NCBI GenBank assembly: GCA_004431415.1
Contig: QPMI01000280.1
Location: forward strand, 1,323-65,322
Origin: Cyanophora paradoxa CCMP329
Taxonomy: Eukaryota; Plantae; Glaucophyta
DNA length: 64,000 nt
Direction of reading: 5' to 3'
The translations under genes and the position numbers were made by a program. Positions within the stretch are counted from its first letter, which is position 1. Each line of letters starts with the position of its first letter. Below are positions 10,758-19,100 of the stretch, one piece after another. The notes under the pieces were generated by a model. That model was not told the DNA's origin and searched no databases. It worked only from the letters and a program-made list of their open reading frames with translations.

Positions 10758-13700
10758 TACTGAGCAGCACAGTTACACCTAATATGAGACAGGAAACAAT
10801 TTTTGGTTGTATGGGGCAATGCGTTATTCACTCGATCGATCGAGATTACATTAAGATCGAAATCCATACCACCATAGCAACGAAGGCAATGACCATATTG
10901 TTTTCCGTAGCGTTTTTTGAACCACTCCCAATTCACATAATCGTTTTCGTCAAATGGTCGGTTTGCCTTCTTATCCTGTTCCTTATACTGTTCAATGCGC
11001 TCATTGAACTTGCGCTTGTCAACGACATGTGTTGCCCACTCGAATCCATCATGGTAAATTTTGACCCGATTTAGTTCAGTAGTTCGTGTGACCGCTGTGT
11101 AAAACCATTCGCTCGAAACAAACGGTGCGCCCGCTTCGTAAATGACGACGTTCCCATTCTTGCACACAATAGTATCACCCTGAATGACGTGACAAGTGTA
11201 AGCGTAAGGGAGCGCGAAATAGCGCATTGCGGGCGGGTCTAACCTCACTTCCTCCTTCGTCGCGATGTCCTCGATGACGAATTCTGTGTCGTTAAACGCC
11301 TTAATCGTGTAGCTGAACCCATTGTGAATGGTTACGCCATTCTTCACGATCCTTTGCTTCGCGACAATTTCCACGCCTTTCGCGTAAATAGGAACATCTT
11401 CCCCGTGATTCATCCTGTGGATTTGTAGATTTACTTCCGCCGCTTTGCGGTTGGTGTAAACTATCGCGCGGTCATCCTTTCCCAATGCGTTCACCGTCTC
11501 AAACTTGTATTTATTAATTACATCGGGAACACTCAAACCGTTTTCGAAAAGATCACGGCGTATACACTCGACTGTATCGCGATCTTCCTGGGTCTTGTGG
11601 CGCTTGTTAACTTTCAGGACTAACTCGTTTCCGAAAAGATGCCGAAGAATATACGCGTAATACTCTTTCTGATTTACGGTCATCTCCTGTATCGGTGGGT
11701 TCTGAAAGGGGTCGCCGGTAGCCACGTAGACCTTGTCGGGGAACAGAACCCCCATAATGTGGGCGAGCGCCCCCAACTCGGGGACTGTGAACTGACAGAT
11801 TTCGTCAATGAAAATACCATCAAAGTCCGCCAAACCGGAAGCGTTCCCGCCTACGATCTCTTCCATGTTCGAATCGTCAACTTTGAGATGGAGCGCATCG
11901 TAAATAGTTTTGACATTCTTTATGCCTTTCAACTTCATGTCTCGAATGCGCTTGTTTGTCGGAACGATGAAAAGTGGATTTTGGAATTGCTTCGAATACT
12001 CCATCATCATGTGAGTTTTCCCCACTCCGGGAACAACGCCAAGAATAATCCATCTTTTCTGAGTCGCAAGAGTTAGACAAATCGCTGGTGTGTCGAATTC
12101 ATCAACTGCTGAGAAAGTGAAATAGTTCAACTTCTCTAATTTCACGAAGTCGTCCTGTCGCTCCAATTTGCCGTAGTGAATACGCCGCAAGTTTAGCACC
12201 TTGTCTTTGCCGATATACTTCTTGATGAAATTGGGGCAATGCTTTACACTGAACCCCCCGATGTTTTCGTAGGCGTGGCGGTCGAAACTAACGAGGGGGA
12301 TTGGGTCGCACGAGGTAGTGTAGACGCAATCGGTATTCACAGCAACAGGATTAATCCCTTTTGCACTGAGTTCTACGCACTTCTCGTATAGATTCATGCG
12401 CATTAGGGAATACATCAGGTTGTGGAACGGCATGAACCCATCGGTAAGATATCTTTCGGCTACTTGATTCACATAGTAGATACACGGTTCCGTAATCTCT
12501 TCCTCGCTAATGACGTAACAAGTTGGGTCATACGATGTTGGATCTTTACCAAACACGTAGAGCTTTACTTCTCCGCCATATTGCTTTTGGAATTCGATCG
12601 CATCGTCTCTCTTGTTGAAGATCGTGGTCTTTACTTTGTGGTTTTTCTGTTTCCCAATCTGTCCGATATTGGCGACAAGCATTTGCTTTTTATCGTTCGG
12701 GTCAAGATCACTTTGCATGATTTGCCGAATCACATCGCCCGAGAAATTCGGAACCAACTTAAATGGTCGGAGAACTCCCTTTATGGTAATGTCGTCTTTC
12801 AGAGCATCGTAGTGTTTTTTCAGAACCATTCCCGGAATGACATTGTAAGCCGAATCAATTAGCATGCGCTTGTGACGATCATACGTGTTAAGAAAATACG
12901 TCGATCCGTCGGGGTTCTTCATTGGTTTGAAAAACTTCGAGTGCAACTTCACGTAATAGAAATTGTAGTTTTCGATCTGATCCGCGGAAGTTACAGTCGT
13001 CTTTTTGAAGTAATCGAATTTACTAACGACAGGAACGAATTCGATCTGTTTCGCGATGATTGCGGGGTATGCCTTGCACACATCGTGTTCGTAAATGTTT
13101 TCGTTCCAATGGAGGTCATCCCGGGTTTCGGTATCTAAGTCGAAGAACCCACGAAGGGCGGTCTGTGACCCAAGGCGGAAGGCTGTCATGGTCTGATCGT
13201 TGTATGAACTCTTGTTTGCATTGTTCACGAGACTCAGATACATTTTCAGATTCAGCCGCTCGAACTTATCACGATACTCTGCGTCTTTGAATTTCACTTC
13301 GTAAGCGGTTTCCACATCTGTGTCGGAACCGGGTGGTGTGATCGTAATACTCTTTTCACCATACGTGAAATGAATGTGTGTGATCTTGCGCATTGGGGAA
13401 ATCCCCGCATGCACCTGGTAATTCACATCAACAATGAACTCTTTCAGAAGATCGTCGAGGTATCCACTGTAACAGATCGAAATTTTGCTCTGGTTCTTCA
13501 TCTCCTCCGAATTGATGATTTTCACGATATCCTCAGGAGTTGCCGCAAATTCGCGATGTTTTCTTTGCTTGACAATCTTGAATCGCGACCCCACCGAAAG
13601 ATTCGTGTCAGAATTCGACTTCGACCCATTGAAAGAGTGAGTTAGTGATTTCAGGTTATCGTTTAGTAGATACATGTGACCGTTTTCGATTTTCACGTAT

Positions 13701-14860
13701 GCAACCGATGGCGTGAGGTGTGTATTTCTCGTTTTCGGTTTGAAAGTGAGTTCGGGTATTTCGGTCTTATCGTCTTTATCGATCGTGACCATTCCGATGC
13801 GGTATGGTGTCAGAACCTTTTCTACGATTTCCTCAAAGGTGAAGCCCCAATCGTCCCCCTCTGTGGGTTCCCGACCCCGAATCATTTTAAATATTCCACT
13901 GTGTGTCCAATCGACCGATTTATACTTGCCTTTCGCTTGCGCTTTCTGAAACGCCTGTGCGAAATGCATCACAAGCACATCCGGAACACACCGACCCACT
14001 TTAAATCTATCACCCCTAATGAACAGTTCCCCCAAAGTTTTGGCTTTTGGGTTCGTCTCATTGCGCAAATACTTCGATATGATCATCGGGGCATGTTGCG
14101 TATCGCGTAGCGCTTGCTGTTGTCTCGGCGTATACGTTTGGTTGTCGGTGGTGATGATTCGTTCAATTGTGATGATCTCACCGTAAATGTCCTCTTGAAC
14201 AATCGTCAAGTATCGGAAGTCCTGGTTTTCCTGATTGAAGCGGACGATTTCGAACATGAATTGATGGATGTCTTCGACAGTTGTTAGAGCAGGGAAAGAA
14301 TTGAATGTGTTCGTTATTTTTTCGAGATTTGCAAGCAGCGCTTCTTTCGAACATTGGATTGCAAGAGGTTGATTACTACGGGTCTTTTTCAGATCCCGGT
14401 AATACAAACCGTTCGCTTGAATCACAACAGCGTTTGCGGGCAAATTCGCGATTTCGTCCTCTGCGACCTCTTTGTAAAGTCGAACATGCAGCGTGACCAT
14501 GTCGCCTGGCGAGTTCGCAATGAACTCGCCAAGATCGGTTTTCATCCGATTGAACGGATTCGTGTGTGTCTTTGTGTTTCTCTCTGGTCGCTGATTCACC
14601 AACTCCTGTGGAACATCAATACGACCCAAGCGGTTAATTTCGTCTTCTGTGTTTTGCTGAGCCTCACCTCTCGCAATGATATCATCAATTGAGTATTCGA
14701 TGTCGTTCAGTGCGCTTAGTCTCGGTCGTCTGACGAAGGCAAAGTGACCGAATGCGTTAAATTGCTCTTCATTCATAAACCCATTTCCAAGAGCATAACC
14801 AAGCTTCGAAAGAATACTCGCTCTCTTCTTAGCGGATTGGATACTAACTGCGCGAGGCAT
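10757..14860 (-). CDS. 1367-aa fusion: N-terminal region / OTU-like Cys protease / divergent family-B DNA polymerase / SF1 helicase / C-terminal HNH-like Zn domain
   Basis: PolB-like motifs HDVCKAYP (A), KQMLVANIGQIGK (B), VNTDCVY (C). SF1 motifs GVVPGVGKT, IFIDE, GDPFQNPP, YAYTCHVIQGDT, WFYTAVTR. C-terminus CLRC...SIDRVNNALPH...N...HIRCN. Uninterrupted ORF. Confidence 0.85.
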   Translation of the reverse strand: MPRAVSIQSAKKRASILSKLGYALGNGFMNEEQFNAFGHFAFVRRPRLSALNDIEYSIDDIIARGEAQQNTEDEINRLGRIDVPQELVNQRPERNTKTHTNPFNRMKTDLGEFIANSPGDMVTLHVRLYKEVAEDEIANLPANAVVIQANGLYYRDLKKTRSNQPLAIQCSKEALLANLEKITNTFNSFPALTTVEDIHQFMFEIVRFNQENQDFRYLTIVQEDIYGEIITIERIITTDNQTYTPRQQQALRDTQHAPMIISKYLRNETNPKAKTLGELFIRGDRFKVGRCVPDVLVMHFAQAFQKAQAKGKYKSVDWTHSGIFKMIRGREPTEGDDWGFTFEEIVEKVLTPYRIGMVTIDKDDKTEIPELTFKPKTRNTHLTPSVAYVKIENGHMYLLNDNLKSLTHSFNGSKSNSDTNLSVGSRFKIVKQRKHREFAATPEDIVKIINSEEMKNQSKISICYSGYLDDLLKEFIVDVNYQVHAGISPMRKITHIHFTYGEKSITITPPGSDTDVETAYEVKFKDAEYRDKFERLNLKMYLSLVNNANKSSYNDQTMTAFRLGSQTALRGFFDLDTETRDDLHWNENIYEHDVCKAYPAIIAKQIEFVPVVSKFDYFKKTTVTSADQIENYNFYYVKLHSKFFKPMKNPDGSTYFLNTYDRHKRMLIDSAYNVIPGMVLKKHYDALKDDITIKGVLRPFKLVPNFSGDVIRQIMQSDLDPNDKKQMLVANIGQIGKQKNHKVKTTIFNKRDDAIEFQKQYGGEVKLYVFGKDPTSYDPTCYVISEEEITEPCIYYVNQVAERYLTDGFMPFHNLMYSLMRMNLYEKCVELSAKGINPVAVNTDCVYTTSCDPIPLVSFDRHAYENIGGFSVKHCPNFIKKYIGKDKVLNLRRIHYGKLERQDDFVKLEKLNYFTFSAVDEFDTPAICLTLATQKRWIILGVVPGVGKTHMMMEYSKQFQNPLFIVPTNKRIRDMKLKGIKNVKTIYDALHLKVDDSNMEEIVGGNASGLADFDGIFIDEICQFTVPELGALAHIMGVLFPDKVYVATGDPFQNPPIQEMTVNQKEYYAYILRHLFGNELVLKVNKRHKTQEDRDTVECIRRDLFENGLSVPDVINKYKFETVNALGKDDRAIVYTNRKAAEVNLQIHRMNHGEDVPIYAKGVEIVAKQRIVKNGVTIHNGFSYTIKAFNDTEFVIEDIATKEEVRLDPPAMRYFALPYAYTCHVIQGDTIVCKNGNVVIYEAGAPFVSSEWFYTAVTRTTELNRVKIYHDGFEWATHVVDKRKFNERIEQYKEQDKKANRPFDENDYVNWEWFKKRYGKQYGHCLRCYGGMDFDLNVISIDRVNNALPHTTKNCFLSHIRCNCAAQ

Positions 14861-14899
14861 TTTGTTGGCGCTTTCCTTATTCTATACAAATAAATTTAT

Positions 14900-14934
14900 T
14901 CTTTAAGTGATTTTATTCTATGACGTCATTTTTT
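14900..14934 (-). promoter_or_regulatory. Putative viral promoter (AAAAAATGACGTCA ... ACTTAAAGA) of the polymerase-helicase gene
   Basis: The same bipartite motif occurs upstream of four genes: here, 15385-15441 (-), 45745-45800 (+) and 46247-46282 (+). Confidence 0.6.
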
Positions 14935-15062
14935 GACCGGCGCATTTTAGCGATCGGTCAAGCAAATAGGAAAAATAACAAAGGGTCGACCATCATACAA
15001 TGGTTCTAAAAATAATACAAACAAGATTTATTACGATTAAGCGCGGTTGCGCTCGCGCTGGG

Positions 15063-15086
15063 TTCTCAGGGCAAACGCGCTGAGAA
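15063..15086 (-). terminator. Conserved 3' hairpin after the small basic ORF
   Basis: TTCTCAG-10 nt-CTGAGAA about 10 nt past the stop codon; the same stem occurs at 46056-46079 in copy 2. Confidence 0.45.
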
Positions 15087-15095
15087 AAAACAAGA

Positions 15096-15350
15096 TCAGA
15101 AGTAGATCGAGGGGCGCCCCCGATTTGAGTGCGGAACCCCATAAAGGTATTTAATGTAACACACGGCGTTAGCGACGTACTGGCGTTGTGAACTATCGAC
15201 TATCTTCATCGCTCGGTAACACTCGTCGGTGTCGTATAATTCCTTCATTTGTTTCGACAGTCTGTTGCTGTACTTTTTAAGATATTCACGACCCTTTTCG
15301 GTCTTGCGGTAACGGTAAATTGCGCGCTTCTGTGCTTCGCTAATCGGCAT
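15096..15350 (-). CDS. Small basic viral protein (MPISEAQKRAIYRYRK...), unknown function
   Basis: Homologue in copy 2 at 45832-46048 (MTTSAAQKRANANYR...NAICFVKFLIGVPYNNVGRPSKYI); preceded by the shared promoter motif. Confidence 0.75.
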   Translation of the reverse strand: MPISEAQKRAIYRYRKTEKGREYLKKYSNRLSKQMKELYDTDECYRAMKIVDSSQRQYVANAVCYIKYLYGVPHSNRGRPSIYF

Positions 15351-15715
15351 CGTACTTTGTCCTCTTCTGATATATAACAAGAAATCTTTAAGTCCTTTTT
15401 GTTGTTGGTATATACTTGTCTTGAAAAGCCGTCATTTTTTTGCACCGTTTTGAAAGAAGATGCCGGAAAAATAAATCGAAGTGTCCCCGATTGTCTACTT
15501 GTCGGTCGCAAGTTTCCACGAATGAACCCCGTAGAACAGGTGATAAAAGCGCGATATACATGGATATCACTTCTTTCTACAACGCCACCCATAAAAATGA
15601 GTAAACGTGAGCCTACGCGAATGGATTGTTTACGTAGCGCTACATTTGAACAAGAAATTTTTTAACGGCAAAATGATCATTTACGCAAAAACGTCGGGCT
15701 ACGCAAAGGTCGGTT

Positions 15716-16172
15716 TTAAAACCTCCGGTAACCGGGGCGGATCCCAAGTTTTGCGAACCCCGAAAGCATGGGGGCGGCGGAGGGAACCGATGTAATGGGG
15801 TCGGCTTGCGAAGTGGCGACCCGAAGTAAACTCTTGTTCATTACCGGTAAATCGGTCTTGTTACTCTCCGCGTAATCGATGGTCTTAGCGATTAATTCAA
15901 TTGGCGTATTCTTCGCGGTTGTGATTGGATCGGGAAGAACGTCGAACGTCACATCCGGTTTCTTTTCGACCTTCTCTTTCGTGATCTGCTGTTCGAGAAT
16001 CTTGTTCTCTAACGCGGTCTCGTTCGCAATCCCCTGAACCATTTTTTTGGCGTCCTGGTATTTGACCGATTTAAGACCGCCCGTTTTCAAGCGGATAAAG
16101 TAACGATTGCGGTTATCCTTCTCCGAGTATGTCGAATAAAGTCGCTCGCCGCCATCATAAAGTCGCTCGCCG
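15716..16172 (-). pseudogene. 5'-truncated homologue of the viral gene at 44710-45456
   Basis: DGGERLYSTYSEKD.RNRYFIR...PMLSGFAKLG.RPGYRR is shared with 44710-45456. The first residues of the track ORF are read from satellite. Confidence 0.85.
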
Positions 16173-19100
16173 CCAAGTGGGACCCCCGGCGAGCGTTTGG
16201 GGACTTGAATGTTTCCTGGGTTCACTCCCTCTTAGCCCTGGTCAGTTTGAATTCCCGTCTGGCCCACAAAAGCAAGGACCGGTGCACACAAAACCTTTCC
16301 AGGGGGAACATGCACAAGGTGCTAGCCTTAGGCAGGTGCACCCTGCCCAGCAGAGGCCCGGTACGAGGGTCTGCCCTTCCAAGTGGGATCCCCACCGAGT
16401 GTTTGGGGACTTGAATGTTTCCTGGGTTCACTCCCTCTTAGCCCTGGTCGGTTTGAATTCCTGTTTGGCCCACAACAGCAAGGTCAGGTGCACACAAAAA
16501 CAATCCAGGTGGAACATGCACAAGGCGCTAGCCTTAGGCAGGTGCACCCTGCCCAGCAGAGGCCCTGTAAGAGGCTCTGCCCTTCCAAGTGGGACCCCCG
16601 CCGAGCATTTGGGGACTTGAATGTTTCCTGGGTTCACTCCCTCTTCGCCCTGGTCAGTTTGAATTCCCGTCTGGCCACAAAAGCAAGGTCAGGTGCTCAC
16701 ACAAACATTCCAGGGGGAACATGCACAAGGTGCTAGCCTTAGGCAGGTGCACCCTGCCCAGCAGAGGCCCTGTACGAGGCTCTGCCCTTCCAAGTGGGAT
16801 CCCCACCGAGTGTTTGGGGATTTGAATGTTTCCTGGGTTCACTCCCTCTTAGCGCTGGTCAGTTTGAATTCCCGTCTGGCCCACAAAAGCAAGGACCGGT
16901 GCACACAAAACCTTTCCAGGGGGAACATGCACAAGGCGCTAGCCTTAGGCAGGTGCACCCTGCCCAGCAGAGGACCTGTGCGAGGCTCTGCCCATCCAAG
17001 TGGGATCCCTGCCGAGTGTTTGGGGACTTGAATGTTTCCTGGGTTCACTCCCTCTTAGCCCTTGTCAGTTTGTATTCCTGTTTGGCCCACAACAGCAAGG
17101 TCAGGTGCACACAAAAACAATCCAGGTGGAACATGCACAAGGCGCTAGCCTTAGGCAGGTGCACCCTGCCCAGCAGAGGCCCTGTAAGAGGCTCTGCCCT
17201 TCCAAGTGGGACCCCCGCCGAGCATTTGGGGACTTGAATGTTTCCTGGTCTCACTCCCTCTTCGCCCTGGTCAGTTTGAATTCCCGTCTGGCCACAAAAG
17301 CAAGGTCAGGTGCTCACAAAAACATTCCAGGGGGAACATGCACAAGGTGCTAGCCTTAGGCAGGTGCACCCTGCCCAGCAGAGGCCCGGTACGAGGCTCT
17401 GCCCTTCCAAGTGGGACCCCCGGCGAGCGTTTGGGGACTTGAATGTTTCCTGGTTCACTCCCTCTTAGCCCTGGTCAGTTTGAATTCCCGTCTGGCCCAC
17501 AAAAGCAAGGACCGGTGCACACAAAACCTTTCCAGGGGGAACATGCACAAGGTGCTAGCCTTAGGCAGGTGCACCCTGCCCAGCAGAGGCCCGGTACGAG
17601 GGTCTGCCCTTCCAAGTGGGATCCCCACCGAGTGTTTGGGGACTTGAATGTTTCCTGGGTTCACTCCCTCTTAGCCCTGGTCGGTTTGAATTCCTGTTTG
17701 GCCCACAACAGCAAGGTCAGGTGCACACAAAAACAATCCAGGTGGAACATGCACAAGGCGCTAGCCTTAGGCAGGTGCACCCTGCCCAGCAGAGGCCCTG
17801 TAAGAGGCTCTGCCCTTCCAAGTGGGACCCCCGCCGAGCATTTGGGGACTTGAATGTTTCCTGGGTTCACTCCCTCTTCGCCCTGGTCAGTTTGAATTCC
17901 CGTCTGGCCACAAAAGCAAGGTCAGGTGCTCACACAAACATTCCAGGGGGAACATGCACAAGGTGCTAGCCTTAGGCAGGTGCACCCTGCCCAGCAGAGG
18001 CCCGGTACGAGGCTCTGCCCTTCCAAGTGGGATCCCCACCGAGTGTTTGGGGATTTGAATGTTTCCTGGGTTCACTCCCTCTTAGCGCTGGTCAGTTTGA
18101 ATTCCCGTCTGGCCCACAAAAGCAAGGACCGGTGCACACAAAACCTTTCCAGGGGGAACATGCACAAGGCGCTAGCCTTAGGCAGGTGCACCCTGCCCAG
18201 CAGAGGACCTGTGCGAGGCTCTGCCCATCCAAGTGGGATCCCTGCCGAGTGTTTGGGGACTTGAATGTTTCCTGGGTTCACTCCCTCTTAGCCCTTGTCA
18301 GTTTGTATTCCTGTTTGGCCCACAACAGCAAGGTCAGGTGCACACAAAAACAATCCAGGTGGAACATGCACAAGGCGCTAGCCTTAGGCAGGTGCACCCT
18401 GCCCAGCAGAGGCCCTGTAAGAGGCTCTGCCCTTCCAAGTGGGACCCCCGCCGAGCATTTGGGGACTTGAATGTTTCCTGGTCTCACTCCCTCTTCGCCC
18501 TGGTCAGTTTGAATTCCCGTCTGGCCACAAAAGCAAGGTCAGGTGCTCACAAAAACATTCCAGGGGGAACATGCACAAGGTGCTAGCCTTAGGCAGGTGC
18601 ACCCTGCCCAGCAGAGGCCCGGTACGAGGCTCTGCCCTTCCAAGTGGGACCCCCGGCGAGCGTTTGGGGACTTGAATGTTTCCTGGGTTCACTCCCTCTT
18701 AGCCCTGGTCAGTTTGAATTCCCGTCTGGCCCACAAAAGCAAGGACCGGTGCACACAAAACCTTTCCAGGGGGAACATGCACAAGGTGCTAGCCTTAGGC
18801 AGGTGCACCCTGCCCAGCAGAGGCCCGGTACGAGGCTCTGCCCTTCCAAGTGGGATCCCCACCGAGTGTTTGGGGACTTGAATGTTTCCTGGGTTCACTC
18901 CCTCTTAGCCCTGGTCGGTTTGAATTCCTGTTTGGCCCACAACAGCAAGGTCAGGTGCACACAAAAACAATCCAGGTGGAACATGCACAAGGCGCTAGCC
19001 TTAGGCAGGTGCACCCTGCCCAGCAGAGGCCCTGTAAGAGGCTCTGCCCTTCCAAGTGGGACCCCCGCCGAGCATTTGGGGACTTGAATGTTTCCTGGGT

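Larger units (their letters stand above)
9175..16172 (-). mobile_element. Polinton-like virus / Maverick-type endogenous element, copy 1 (one terminus intact, other part lost)
   Basis: Abrupt exit from SatB at caccctgcc|AGCTGAGCT; lower GC and intronless. Gene set (integrase, PolB-SF1 helicase fusion, two further ORFs) is colinear with copy 2 at 44710-54476. Confidence 0.88.
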
